From contig OZ024747.1 of NCBI GenBank assembly GCA_964016885.1, positions 5,208,001 through 5,272,000 on the forward strand: 64,000 bases of DNA. Reading direction: 5' to 3'. The notes below the pieces were generated by a model. The model was given only the letters and a program-made list of their open reading frames with translations, did no database searches and was not told the origin of the DNA. Below, one piece after another: positions 12,873 to 26,724 of this stretch. The translations under genes were made by a program, and so were the position numbers. How positions within the stretch are numbered: the stretch's first letter is position 1; every line of letters begins with the position of its first letter. Source of the DNA: Eledone cirrhosa. Lineage: Eukaryota.

Positions 12873-15114
12873 TTGATTCTTCTTTTTGGTTAATTTAAAT
12901 ATCAGTAACTAATATATAATACAGAGTAGAACGTTTCACCACATCAGCCTAGAACTGAATCGTTAACTTGCAATTTTTAAATAATCTTAAACGAATTTTC
13001 ATTTTAACTAACACAGGATGATTTTATTAATTTATTTCTTATGTATGTAGCAAACTTCAAGACGTTTATAATGTCAAGTCTTTAAAGATTTCATTATAAA
13101 CGCCATGAAGTTTGCTACTTAAATATATATTTATATAGATATCTTTATTGGAACAGCTAACAGCTGTAGTCAGCAGTATTTTAATTTCTTGACTCGTTTG
13201 ATTTGCACTTCTTACGGAAGTGAGTTTGCTATTCCCGGCGATCCTTTACATTATTACCCTAGTCTCAAACAAACTGAAAGTTGTAAAAGCATAAATATGA
13301 TAGGGTTTATGTTCTCCTCGCCTTTTATACAAGAACAACCCGGTAGCATCACTACCTATATACGATCAAACAATATTATCTTAGTTGAATATATATTATT
13401 AAATCAATGTCTCTTATGTGTGTGTGTGTGTATGTATATATATATATATATGTGTGTGTGTGAGTTGGTATCTTAATGATACTAGTTTAATTAAAATATC
13501 GAATAAGTGGGAAAACGATCGAAGATTTTTCGGTCATATACGATCACTTCGTTTCCGTATTATATATATATATATATATATATACACCTTGACCTTAATA
13601 AAACTTCTATCTGCCTCTTTGGCAGTAGTAGTAGTAGAGACAGCGATAGTAGTAGTAGTGGCAATGGTGGTGGGAGAAGTAGTAATTATAGTAGCAGTAG
13701 TAGCAGTGATAAAAGCCGCAGTAGTCAAAGGGTCAAATTTGTGGCTATAGTAGAACTCTTTTTTTCTTTCGTTTTTTATTTTGCTTCATAGTATTACCGC
13801 TTCCTGGACACGATCGACTATCACAGTGGTTGTCACCTGACCATGTGTTTTATATGTAGATGTATATGATAATGATTGGTATGCATATATATACACACAT
13901 CTATCTATCTTTATGTATATATGAACATATCATCATCACTGTTAAACGTCTCTTTTTGTTTCATGTTTGATGGGTTGAGGCTAGACAGATCAGGTGAACA
14001 CGTCTTCACTCGTTCCATTTTTGGCATGGTTTCTACAGTTTGATGACCCCTATCACCAACCAATTTACATAGTATACTGGGAACATTTTATCATGGCCCC
14101 ACCACTAACTCATTACAACATTAGGGTGTTTGTTGTGTCCTTGGGCAGGGGGCATTGATGATAGTAGGAGTGGGAGATGGGGAGGAAGCTTCATGTAGCA
14201 GACTAAAGAAGAGGGCCATTTCAGTGTGGAAGTGCAAGCTTGGGTCATGAGGGTAGCCTTGGCAGTATATTGTGGGGCATGCTCAGCTTTCCATGTTGGA
14301 TAAGAAAGTAGGGAATTATTGTAGATGGAAGTGGGAAGCCTGTTGTCTGGCTATGGCCTAAATATCATTTCACTTTTCTGTGAGTGTTCTGTTGTGCGGT
14401 ATACCACACGTCAACTTGATCCTGTGTTCTCTCTTTTGTGGGGTCAGTCTTCACCACATCATCCCAAGGGTTCCCAGTGTTACTGATACTTTATTTTATC
14501 GACCCTGTAAAGATAAACGGCAAAGCTAACCTCAGCAGGATTTGAACTCGGGATGTAAAGGGATGATAATAATAATGATTTGTTTTAATAATAAATGATG
14601 AAAAGAGAAACAATCCTTATAATAATAGATGCTCTTAGAATGATAAAAAAAAAGAGAGATACATAACCCAAACCCCAGGTCTTACAAATATATACAGGTT
14701 TACAAGTACAGTACTAGATACTGCACACATATTACGTAGAGTACTCTCAATACAATAGAACACCACCAAAACCCATACTGCACATATGCAAGGTGCATAA
14801 ATCTGCATTTGGTGATGCAGTGATGATGCACCATATAAGATTAATAATAATTTCTAACATAGGTTCATGGCCAGGAAATTTGGGTGAAGTGTAGTCAATG
14901 AAATTTCCCTCAATATTTAACTGGTATTTTATTTTGTCAATCCTCAAAATGAAAGAACATAAATTAACCTTTGGATTTTAACAAGAATGTAAAGAGCTGA
15001 AACAAACACAGCAAGGTATTTTGTCCATTGCCTTAATGAGGACATTGAGGGATTAGAATATAAAGGGTTCTATCTAAATACCACATTACATTTTGTTGAG
15101 TGCTCTACTAATTC

Positions 15115-17105
15115 TCCCGATCACTTTTCTCACTGTCATTGATAATGTTTTTACTTAAGCACAATGACACAAATTTGGTGGGTGGTGGAGTATAGTCACT
15201 AAATCTATCTCAGCATATTACTGGTATTTATTTTATTGACTTTAAACAGATGAAAAGCAAAGTCTACCTTTCTATAATTTGATGTTAGTAATAATTTTCT
15301 TTAGATTCCTTTGTCTAAGAAAATTTTTTTCTATTTTTCAGCCATTCATTTTACCAGAAAGGTGAAGAAAAATTTGAACTGAATCTACATCCATTTTTTG
15401 ACATTAAATCTACCTCACTGTAGAAATATAACAACAAATGTCATATGTGGATGTTGCTCTTTTCTAGTATATTTAAACTGAACAGCTACAGAGAGAAAGT
15501 GTATTGTTGATTCAAATGTTGTGTAGTGTTGTTCATCTCTTTCTAACAATGATTATTTATCTTCACATATATCTGTAAAGACAGAAGAGAAGAAATATCT
15601 TTTGTGTTGATATTTGTGATTCTCTATTTACAACCTCTACTGGAAATGACAATTCTTCTCTGTTAAATATTGTGTTAATGATAAAGCTGGTATCAATGCC
15701 AAAATGGCTGAACAGGAAGCGTTACTAAATAAAGAAATTTGCTTTGTTTGTGAAGTTTGTGGAGAAACATTCTCTACAAAATATACATTTATGAATCATG
15801 AAGTGATACATCAAAAAGAGAGAGGTATTTTTAATGAATCAATGTCTTCATATTTACCTCAGTATACCTGTGATATCTGTGGGAAATCTTTCCCAACTAA
15901 GAAAAGGTTTACTCAACATAGAAGAACGCATTTCAGACCCAAGATATTTCAGTGTGATGTTTGTGGTAATTCATTTGCTCAGAAAAATGATCGAGATAGA
16001 CACAAGCGAATACATTCTGGAGAGAAACCTTATCCTTGTGATGTATGTGGAAAATTCTTTTCCCGAAATAGTCATTTAAAAATCCACAAACTAACCCACT
16101 CGGGAGTAAAACCTCATCGTTGTGAGACATGTGGTAAATCATTCTCACAAAATTGTGATCTGGAAAGACATATACGTGTACACACAGGAGAGCGACCTTT
16201 TAAATGTGATACTTGTGAAAAAAGATTCTCTCAAATTAATGAACTTGGAAGACATAAACGAATACACACAGGAGAAAAGCCATATGCCTGTGAGTTTTGT
16301 CAGAAAACGTTTACTTTAAATTGTATTCTAGTAAGACATAGACGAATACATACTGGAGAAAAACCCTATAATTGCGATTTTTGTCAAAAATCATTTTCCC
16401 AAAATAGCATTCTTGTAAAACATTTGCGAATGCACCATGGAGGGAAACCTTATCAATGCAAGATTTGTGGTAACACATTTACAACAAAACGTATTTTAGT
16501 TGATCACACAAGAACACATACTGCAGACGGTCCTTATCCCTGTCAACTTTGTGGTGAAATATTTTCTCAATATACAGATATAGTGAAACACTTAGAGATA
16601 CACACTGGATGAAGAACTGTTGGAATGTTTACAAGAATATTTTTCTTAAAATAAAGAACTTTTCTCAGCATATAAAAATACCTTCAATCAAATAGAATTG
16701 AGAATTTTAAGTTTGTGTAATGACATACTGAAGAGAAATTCATTGATTTGAAGAGATCAACTTTTCTGCCTGAGTTGGGTATAATTTTTTCTACCTATTG
16801 CTTGGTGAGATGGTTTAGAATGAGATATCCATTGTTGTACTGGTAGATGGTAAATTTGAAGTTCTAAAGATGCAGAAATCTGAGAAGAATTCGAAATCAA
16901 TTTGGTGTATAGATTTTTATACATAAAATGGAATATTTGAGATACAAGAGATGTTATGGATAAAACGATTTTGAAAGCAACAAGTAACACCTTTTGAATT
17001 GGAATAACATAACTAATTCTTGGATGGCAAATACTGTTGATGTTATGGTAGAAGAAACCAACAGAGAATGTAACAGTGTATCAGGATTAAGGATTCAACA
17101 TTTAT
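15115..17105 (+). repeat. Left arm of a ~2-kb inverted duplication
   Basis: Reverse complement of ~32765-34795; UTR portions were identical wherever I compared them. Confidence 0.95.
15704..16612 (+). CDS. C2H2 zinc-finger protein, 302 aa, 10 fingers (copy 1)
   Basis: Intact ORF with ten CxxC-x12-HxxxH units and TGEKPY-type linkers; no effector domain recognised. Confidence 0.93.
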   Translation: MAEQEALLNKEICFVCEVCGETFSTKYTFMNHEVIHQKERGIFNESMSSYLPQYTCDICGKSFPTKKRFTQHRRTHFRPKIFQCDVCGNSFAQKNDRDRHKRIHSGEKPYPCDVCGKFFSRNSHLKIHKLTHSGVKPHRCETCGKSFSQNCDLERHIRVHTGERPFKCDTCEKRFSQINELGRHKRIHTGEKPYACEFCQKTFTLNCILVRHRRIHTGEKPYNCDFCQKSFSQNSILVKHLRMHHGGKPYQCKICGNTFTTKRILVDHTRTHTADGPYPCQLCGEIFSQYTDIVKHLEIHTG

Positions 17106-17639
17106 ATAAGTATAGTGGGTAAATCCACAATATGTGTTCAGTTTCTTGCTGGAACCATTTCATTCCCTTATATTCAAAAATAACCTTTAAAAAGCTTCAA
17201 TGTCACAGCATCATCTTATGTCCTTATTTGAATATTTTAAGCTGCGTGCTTATATATATACACTACCTTTTCTTGGTGAGAATTTATGTGTAATAATTTG
17301 TTGAAAAACTGGTTTTCTTGATAATAATTCTATTTCTGTTAGTATCATGATATAATGTGGCTGTAATTTCCTTTCAAACCTAATAATGCACACACAGAAC
17401 TGAAGACTTAAGTGATGTCAAAATATCCAGATATTTGTATGTTTATTTTCAGTAATATGCCATGGTGGTAGGTGTTCATGGCATCACAGTGTACACTGTT
17501 ATACTGTGACTATAACCACAATACACTACAACGTGTGTGTTCCTTGCAATTGTCATTCATTGTCCAGTGCTTAGGTATTTTCCTGTCTTGTACACTACAC
17601 CATGGCTCGAAGAAAGGGTGAATATTCAAAAGAAGAATC

Positions 17640-18350
17640 CTGTGACTGGATCTTGTACCTATCGGCATCAGGAATTCCAAAGTCAGTAACAAGCGAATAT
17701 AATGGTTTAGAAATCACCATAGAATGAGTAATAAATTTATCTATATGAAAACACAGTATATCAACCAAGGAAATGAAGCCATTTAAAAAAATTTATATGA
17801 CTTAAGTGTGGCGGACTCCTAATTTCCTAAATGTATAATGATGAAACTGGGTTATATTGGCAGTCACTACGCCCAAAACACTCAAGAGTCATAATGCACC
17901 AGTTGAACGTGCAGTGTGTAAATAACAAGATGACTTTCTACTGATTAGGTGAAGGTGTTAATGTTGAGCTACACAGATACACACCCAGGTTGTCTACTGA
18001 TGTTATTACCTGTCAGTGTTAACACCAGGACTCAACCAGTGGATCAAGATATAATTGAAGCTCACTAGAGTTCATGTCAATAAAGATATGTGGACAAATC
18101 TCATGGTGATAGAGGAGGAGAATCTTATGGAAGAGAAAGAACTATAAGTAACATTTAAGAACAACTATAACGTCATGTCTGTAATGTTCAGTTTGACAGT
18201 TTTGTGGAAGGAACTGAAAGCAGCCAATGTCTGGAGGGAAAACAAAGCAACTACTTTATGATCTGATGGTAGAATATGATTCTGAAGAATTGGTGGTAAG
18301 GTATCTGTACGATATACTTCAAAAGGCAGGTGAAACAGATGCCACAGAAG
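17640..18350 (+). mobile_element. Decayed pogo/Tigger-like DDD transposase
   Basis: YNDETGLYWQSL at 17834-17869 and LPVSVNTRTQPVDQDII at ~18006-18056, matching the DETG and QPxDQGII motifs; heavily disrupted. Confidence 0.65.
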
Positions 18351-18845
18351 ATGTCAGTAGAAGACAGGAAACCATTCCTATTAAGTGTTAAAAGAAGAAA
18401 TAACATGAAAGTTGTTGAAGAGACGGGAGATAGCAAGGATGATGAAAATGGTGACCACCCCATGGCGAAGGATATCCAAATTCTCTGTTATATATGTGAG
18501 AACACCTGATGGTAAAATTTTGAACATTGATTTATCAACAGAAACTAAAAGTCAATTCATTCTTTGTGTGTCAGCTTATTTCAAACCTGCTGCAGCTGTT
18601 AAGGCTACTGATATTGATGACTCACCTTCTGTTAGTCACATCTAATGAGGAGGTAGTGGGGCAATCTACCCCCACCCTCCTCTCCAGCACACCAAACTCA
18701 TTTGTCATCTACCACAGGTAAATGGAATGAACAATTTATGGCATTAACATTTTGTAATGTTAAACAGTTTTGTTGACTTCTGAATTTTTTAATGACTAGG
18801 TACACTAAGTTTTACCATAGAATACTATTAGCACTTACTATATGT

Positions 18846-19740
18846 CAGTAGTTCTTAACCCTTTTCAAACCAAACTACCGAAAACCAGTCAGGTTTCTAT
18901 GATAACAAAAAACAAAAAAATACATTTTCAAGTTTTTATATTAAAAAAAATTCCATCATAATTTTATGTAAGAACATTTAAAAAATTATTCTCTAAACAC
19001 CAGATAAATATTGATAAAGTTAATTATATTGGTAAATCCCTTCAAATTCTTAATTATTTGAAAATTATAAGCAGTGTATTTCATTAGAAATAAGATAACG
19101 AAAGTGTAAAACTATTTTAGAGTCATTCAGCCTTGAGTCTGTATTGTAAAATTTCATTGTAATCTTTCTTTAAACTCTTGCCTCTTTGTATAGTTTTATA
19201 TATAACTAATCTTGTCTCATAAGCAGATGACATATTAACTTATGTCATAAGTGTTTATTTTATTTAATTTTTTCAACATCTGAGAAATATGTACAAAAAA
19301 CTGAAGCAAAAAGAAAGTAAAAACACAGTCTTAGAAATAATATATTTTCTTATTGTTAATGTTTATCACAAATACATGGCAACTTGTATCTTTTTTATCA
19401 TCAGTGACTAGGATGTTCCTGTACTCCTGTGACAAGCTTCTCAAATTGAGGTTCAATTTCCTTCTCTAAAGAAACTGCATTCCTGAATCAACATATTCAC
19501 GTGGCTGTTTTCTTCAATTATACCAAAGCTGAAAATCGTTGTTCAGATAGGAAAGATGTCATTATTTGTGAATGAAGGACCTCCAAGGTAATTGATTTGT
19601 ATCATGTACTCTACAGATATCTGTGTATAGCTCTAAATGCAGTTGAATGTTTTGTTTGTAAGGTGAATAGTATTGACATATTGCAATAATTCTTCCAATT
19701 CATTTTTCTAGTCATAATAACAAGTGTTTTTATATCTTAT
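18846..19740 (-). mobile_element. Possible highly decayed hAT element 3' part
   Basis: CAGTAGTTCTTAACCCTTTT resembles a Charlie-type TIR; only weak coding remnants. Confidence 0.35.
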
Positions 19741-19749
19741 TCTTAGGTG

Positions 19750-20230
19750 AGACAGCAAGCACAACTTCACACCAACAGTCTCCATTTCCATTCTTGTCAG
19801 CTCCAGTGTTTCTTGCTATGGTATCCTGCTAGAGGAGATATTCCACAAGAAGAAGTCTGAAACCATCTTGTTTTTTGAGCGGAAGTAGTAACCAGCAAAC
19901 CTTTTATGACGTTCAATCAGTCGTGCACTTGAGGATTTCTCCATATATCTGATTATGCTTGAGATGGGACTGCCAAGGAACACTTTTAGACGTTCTCAGA
20001 AGGATAGTGTGATATCAATCTAAATGGTTCTGTAGACAGGAGTGCAAAGTCCAAGCCTCAGAACCATAGAAAAGGATAGGCTCTGCTGTTGCTCTAAACA
20101 GGCTGATTTTAAGTTTGTTTGGTATATTGGATTTCCAAATGTTATCCATCTTGTGAAATGCATTCCAGGCCTCTATGTATTTGGAAGTCGTTTTCTGAGT
20201 TCATTTTATGAAGGAACCAAGTGTTCAGTG
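19750..20230 (-). mobile_element. RTE-like LINE 3' fragment
   Basis: Minus strand reads RFAGYYFRSKNKMVSDFFLW, similar to the post-RT RFAGH..R...LLLW motif. Confidence 0.55.
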
Positions 20231-22007
20231 ACTTAGCAGCCAGTACTTCCTTGTAAAAGCAGCAATGTAAGAAGGTACAATTCTGAGATTTTTTTTCCTT
20301 GATATGATTCTGATTTTCTATAACAAGATCCCCATCTTCTGATTGTTAATTGTAGTATATGAACTTTGTTATGCCTGGGGTGCAACTTACAAAAACTATA
20401 GCATGTAATGTGAGAAACCTGAATTTTGTTTGGGGATGTGATCTAGTTTTTTTGGGTGTGTGTGTGGGTGAGTCATAAAGGTGATTCCGTAAGAAGATGT
20501 GGTGGAATGCTTGGTAAAATCCTAGGATGGTGGTTGATTCCGGGATCAAGGTTCACATACGTGTAATCCGTAAAGAGATTGGTCGGAAGAGGGGAGATGT
20601 GGGGTGCGCGCACAACAGGAAGTGGTCAAGGCAGGAGGAGTGTTGTGTGTCTGTGTGTGCGGGGAGGTGGTCAGAAGGCATAGCAGCAGTGGTGTAGAAT
20701 GTTGTGTGTCTGTGTGTGCGGACCTACTGGTTCAATTCCTGGATTGGGCTGTGTGTTGGGTTCTTGAGCAAGGCATTTTTCACTTTGCTCCAGTATACTC
20801 AGCTGAAAATGAGTACCAGCAGTAACTGGGGGTTTAACTCTGTGATGGACTGTTGTCATATCCAGGGGAATGAGGAGTCTTTTACTCTGTCACCTAACAC
20901 CATGGAAACTGGCTAAGCATCTTGATGAGCTTCTGAGCTTGAGACGGGGTCCTTTTTTAGGCCTGATGCCTATAATCCTATTTGTACAACTTAGTTTATA
21001 GATTTCCATACCATCCAGAAAATGAAGAAATCAAAATATCTTAATGCAGCCATGTATGAAATAACTATCTTTGTTTCTATCTGCAATGGTTAACATAGAG
21101 AAAAATGTGAAACTTGACAGGAAATCCCTTTAATCATTCTTATTGACATTTGGTGCTGTCTTTGATAAGAACCAATTTGAGTCAGTGAATGGAATCCTCT
21201 TTATATGCTAATACTAGAGTTAGGTACAAGACGATCACATAGCCTTGTAGCTTGAGAGGACATCAACTGGAAGAAGTTTTTCAACTTCCACTAATACTGT
21301 CACTTAATAAGTATTATATTTTGTCTTTAATTTAATTTTAAAGGCTCCAGTTATTGATTGCTATATTTTCCAGTGCAAAACATGCTTTAAGCTGAAGATG
21401 TGGGACTTGTTTATAAAGGCCATAATTCTACTTTCTTTTGAATAGAGGGTCGTTTCTTTTCCTATGAGATTTTGATGTTATTTATCTTGAGAACAATACC
21501 TTAACATCAGTATGAGTGGTCAGTTATAGCCAATTTGAACAGAGAGGCAAGACATTTCTGGACGGATACGGACGGTTTGAATGCTAAAGGGTTAAGACAG
21601 TATGTCACAATCTGTTTCCTTCAACAAACATTTGTTTATTTAACTTTGGCATATTCTATCAAGGGATTCATTTACTATGAACATTATATTGAAGTTAAGG
21701 GCTGAAGCACTTCCTTGAATGGGGTTTCTTCTCTGAAAACCTTCTGCCGTCCTGAGAATTTCTTACCATTGTATATTTCACTTTTCCGTGTCCTATCAAT
21801 GGATTCTTTTACTACAAACGTTATACTTAACAATGTTTAGCAGGAAGAAATGTATGATTGTTAGATTCAGTATACATATGATGTCTGTGATTCAGTATGT
21901 GTTGGTGTGAGGACTTGGTTGTTGTCAGGTTAAAGTGAAGCTAATTTGGGTAAAACAGGTTACATCCAAGAACTCATGATTGGCAGTCCTTGGCTAAATC
22001 TTGTTCA

Positions 22008-23985
22008 TAACCAAGGCCATAATTCTGGTGTTACTGGGGTTTCCATGTTTGGGCTCCACTCCTGAAATTCTTTGAAGACACAGTTGTGCGTGTCTCTGCC
22101 GGGTTTAACGCATGCTTGTGCTAGTTGGTCCATGTCATATTCGCATAGTTCGTTTGTTTTTTTTCTTTTCGGTGTGGATGGTTGTGGCAGTGCGTGTTTC
22201 TAATCCTATCTCCAGCTGCCGCCTAACTTCGACAAGTTTCTTTTTTTTGTTGGATGATATCTGATCGGTTTTGCTGGGTCTTGGTTTTTGTGATAGGTAG
22301 GTTTTGTTGTACTCTTTGCTAACTAATTTGTCGATATATGGCTTCCAGATTGTTAAACCACATCAAGGGGTTTAGTTCTATTTTACCCCAGTCTTTCAGT
22401 TGGGGCATTTCTCTATGAGTTCCGTAAAAGAATAGTCTGTTTTTCAGAGCATCCTTTTCATGCAGAACCACGTTCCACGGTTCTACGTTGCTGGTTGATA
22501 GCAAGGGCATTCTTTTAAGTACTCCTTGTTGATGCTTTATGTTTATGTAAGTCGGCGTGCCCTCCAAAATGCATTTGTCCTCTTCTGTGTTTTGGTTTGT
22601 GAACTACATTTCATCTGTGTAGATGAGGCTCTTGTCGATGCAGCTACCGAAAGTGAAATTGTCTGAAGCCTGGCATTACATTCTACTGCAGTTTGAGTCC
22701 ATTTCTTATGGATCGCAAAATGTAGGATTTTCCGCTATTGGAAGGTCCCATGATGTGCAACCCGTTTACTTTTGGGTTTATCTTATGACACACTTCGAAA
22801 GTTTGTCTGTTGAATGATTCGTGATCGAATGAGTGATGGTCTATCCATTCATTATAAATGTCTAGGGAAGTCTGTATATCGTGATAGCTGCTCGTCATCG
22901 ATAATTAATATCATATGGGGCGGATCTTCCGTTGTGTACAATACTTTGTTTATTAAAGTTCTATTGGCTACAACCATGTCACCTGACTGTAGTGTTTCTA
23001 TGCTCTCAGCATTTTTCCGTTCTTGTGTATGATCGAAATTGCAGCTGCTTATTTCGTTTAAGCATATGTCTTCCCATTCTTTGTCTCTTGCCCTATATCG
23101 TATTTCTTTGAATCCTTTATCTCTTTGCAAACCCATAGTACCATAGTTTGGTCCCATAGCGGTATCTAAGCAACCGTCCCATGTAATGTCTTTTCCCTGC
23201 CCCAAAATTTAGAATGGTACCGTGTACTGTTAAATTGTTGTATATGTCTACATTAGTTAGTGGTATGTTGTTTTTCCACGTGTGTGAATGAATCTCCTTG
23301 TCTAATTTTCTTTTTGGAACTCCTTTCTCTCCAGTTGTGGAAGTCGTTTATTTCAGTTGTGCATGAATGTCAATTTTCGTTGATGTTGCAATTTGCGTTC
23401 TCGTTAACGTATTCCGCTGTCGGCCGTATTAGTTGAAATCCTCTGTTAGGTATTTGTGTAATGCTTTTCAAGTTACCGTAACCTATAAAGTTTCCTTTGT
23501 CTACGAATACTTTGAAGTAAGGTTGAGGATTGGGAACGAATACTTGTTCGTTGTTTTTAGTTGTCCATTCTCCGCAAATGGTGTCGCTTGTGTTTACTCC
23601 TATTCCTTACTATTCTGTAAGATGTTGCGTTATATAGAGAAGTTTCGAATTGTGATGGTAATATCCAACTAGTTAAGAAGTACGGAACTATGTAGTCCTC
23701 CGCTTGTACTTCTCTGTAAGCGTAGTGTCCTACGTTGTGGTATCTGTTTTCTGATTCTATATATCTGGAGAATTTCACTTTAGCTGAGTTCATGTCGCAA
23801 CTTTTCACCATGTTTCTGAACGTTCTTTAGGAATGTGAACACTCGTTGATGATTTCCCGTAGGTGGAGGTAGTCCTCCACTTGTTGAAGTACTCTGCCAT
23901 CTGTTAGAGCAGAGTTTCCCAAACTTTTTCAAGCTGGCACCCCCTTGGCTTCCAGATAGATTCCTAGCGCCCCCTCTCCTATTAT
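22008..23985 (-). pseudogene. Endogenous parvovirus-like element 1, NS1 relic with SF3 helicase
   Basis: Walker A PKVNGLHIMGPSNSGKS (core 22725-22748), Walker B LIYTDEM, B' KCILEGTPTYINIKHQ, motif C PLLSTSN, arginine finger ALKNRL. Two in-frame stops and several frameshifts. About 1 kb of upstream coding-like sequence is probably also viral. Confidence 0.88.
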
Positions 23986-24228
23986 ACACATGTGAGCTTT
24001 TTTTTTCAAAGTGAAAACAACAATATTAAACACAAAATATGTATTTCAAAAATAATAATTAATTCAATAAACCATTTTATTTGGTCTTCGCAATTACCCT
24101 CAATATACACATGCAAGCATTTATTTTTTTTTGTTTCAAATTGAAAACAACAATATTAAACACAAAATATGTATTAAAAAATACATATTAATTTAATAAA
24201 CCATTTTATTTAGTTTTCACAATTACTT
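23984..24228. repeat. ~120-bp tandem duplication, probably the hAT 3' subterminal region
   Basis: TATACACATG...GAAAACAACAATATTAAACACAAAATATGTATT...AATAAACCATTTTATTT is present twice in tandem. Confidence 0.8.
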
Positions 24229-25608
24229 CTAATGGGATGGGTGTACTTGGTGTAGGGATATTACTTTCACCACATCAGGCTGGAACTCACTAAGAAGAAG
24301 TCATAGATCCCCACGTTTGGTAATTTTAAGTCTGTTCCTTTGCTTGGAATGAAGCAAGGCAACTGCACTGAAGCCCCGTTCTACCAAATATGATGTTGGA
24401 AAGGCAATAAAATATATCTTCACCTTGTTCCATAATACTGGATAGAAGTCAGAGATTTTTTTTTGTAACCAAAAATCTTGATATGATTTCTTGAACTTTG
24501 GCCTTAGTTCAATGTCGTTTTGGATTGAAACTAATTCTTCCTCTGCCGCTCCTGTGTCCTCACTGCTGACATCTAAGAATGGATTGATTACCCAGTCTGG
24601 TAATTTAAGCAATAAAAGATCCTGAAATCTTTCAGACATGTCTCTTTGCAACTCTTCCAGGTGAGCACAATACACTTGAAGGTCATCATCTGATATGCTC
24701 TTCTCTTTCTCCAATTCAGAGAGGCTTGGAAACTGGTAGATTTCATGACGGGCTTAGTTTCGTTTGAATAACTTACACTTAGACAGGAAGGTGGAGATAG
24801 TAAATTTGACTTTGATAAGGTTGACATCATTTCCTTGCAACTGCAAATTAATTTCATTGAACTTTGTGAATATATCTGACAAATAAGCAATGTCATCCTT
24901 CATGTTTTTAAGATCATCACAGAGCCCAGAGTTAATCTTGGAAAAATTCTACAACTGTATCAAACAGTGAAGTTTTCCTTTGACAGCCATCTAACTTCTG
25001 TGTGTAGCAATAAACGTTGACTCTTCATCATTATCAATCCAAAACTGTCGAAACAGTCTGGAATTGAGAGAATGTGCCTTGATTTTATTTACTGCTGTGA
25101 TAACTATTCATTGATTTGTGAAGTCGACCACTTAGGTTTTTTGCTACCAGATGCTGCCTGTGGATTACACAGTGCACTGTAGCACACCAGGTACAGTTTT
25201 TTTCAAGAAACTGATGAAGCCACGATGACGACCTATCATCAATGGTGCTCCATCTGTTGCACAAGCATGTTAGAAAGCGGGATGTTTTTCTCTTGGAAAA
25301 AATTCTCAACAACATTAAATACTGATTCTCCTTTAGTGTCTGTGTTAAGTTGTCTTGCAAATAACAGCTGTTGAACCAACTTTTCATCTTTGATAAAACG
25401 AACATAAGCAAGAAGCAAAGATTCACATCCTGGTAGAGTGGACTCATCTAACTGAAAGCTAAATTCTGTTGCGGCAAGAATGTTGCACAATGTTTTCAGC
25501 CATTTCATCTACTCTTCTTTGAACCGAGTTATCACTGAGAGGGATAGCTTTTATAATTTGGTCAGGTGACATGTACAACTGTGTGTAGAACCTCTCTTAT
25601 TGCAGGTT
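24229..25608 (-). mobile_element. Buster/Charlie-type hAT transposase fragment (ZBED5/SCAND3-like), frameshifted and 5'-truncated
   Basis: FSFQLDESTL, HCVIHRQHL, HTEVRWLSKG-like segment, FPTSYLVERGFS, KQRNRL and terminal QVHPSH*. No TIRs seen. Confidence 0.92.
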
Positions 25609-25919
25609 TAGGAGGATGACAATATGAGGACCTGCAGTCACTGGTTTTTAAAATAAAGGCGCTGGAATAGTGAGGCATCAAAAGTGCGCCATCGCTGGTG
25701 GAAGAGGTGCCCCTCTAATTTTTTTCTCACTTACCATCGCCAGTGATGAAAATAGTTATATTGCGGGTGTGCGATGTTACATGTAAATGTAACATCTGTA
25801 TCTGCTTGTCTATAAAAGAATATGTCGTACTCGGCCGAGTGTGTGAGTTTATGCACGAAACGTCTATGGGGTTTGTATTGCCTCCCCATGATGTACAGGA
25901 GGCTGTTGGTTGACTTTAG

Positions 25920-26690
25920 TCATAATTCTTCTTCTAACGGCATTGCTAATGGGCTCCAGTTTGGTGATTCTTCAACATGTATTGTCTATAAATTTGCTAA
26001 TGTATGGCGCCCATATGGTTAGCCACATTAACGGGTTTAGTTCGACTTTTCCCCACTGCTTCAGTTTTTGTCCATGGGTCTTGACGTTTCATAATAGAAT
26101 AATCTATTTTTGATTGCCTCTTTTTCATGTAGCACAACGTTCCATGGTTCTACGTTGGAAGTAGACAGACTTGGTGTTCTTTTCGATATTCGTTGATTTT
26201 GGTGCTTGATGTTTATGTATGTTGGCGTTCCCTCTAGGATGCATTTAGCCTCTTCTATATTGTTGTTTGTGAACCACATCTCATCGGTGTAGATCATTGT
26301 TTTGTCTATGCAACTGCCGAACGTAAAGTTGTCTGATGCCTGGCATCTCATTCGTCCGCAGTTCATAAGACCGTTTCTGATAGACCTTAGAATGTAGCTT
26401 TTACCGCTGTTCGATGGACCCGTTATGTGCAGTCCGTTTATTTTTGGAGTTTATCTTATGACAAACCTCAAAGGTATGTTGCGCGAATAGATTTTTATCG
26501 AAGTGTTGGTGTGTTAACCATTCTTCGAAAATGTCGAGAGATGTCTGTATATCATAATAGGTGGATGTCATTCCAGTGAAAAATTCTTTTTTGTCTCTTA
26601 TTTGTTCCCATATAGGCGTTACTTTAGTTTCTATGTTCGTTTCGACTGCTGCTGCTTGTATTATGTTTACCAAGTTTTCGGAAACAATGT
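25920..26690 (-). pseudogene. Endogenous parvovirus-like element 2, NS1 C-terminal half (SF3 helicase)
   Basis: KINGLHITGPSNSGKS (core 26397-26420), MIYTDEMW, EAKCILEGTPTYINIKHQ, TPSLSTSN, AIKNRLF. Frameshifts in A-runs near 26445 and 26065. Confidence 0.9.
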
Positions 26691-26724
26691 GTTAGAGGAT
26701 CCGATGTCATCTTGCGATGCGGAG

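Noticed and set aside
15834-16319. Alternate-frame ORFs overlapping the ZNF genes (also 33572-33958)
   Set aside because: Shadow frames of the periodic zinc-finger coding sequence.
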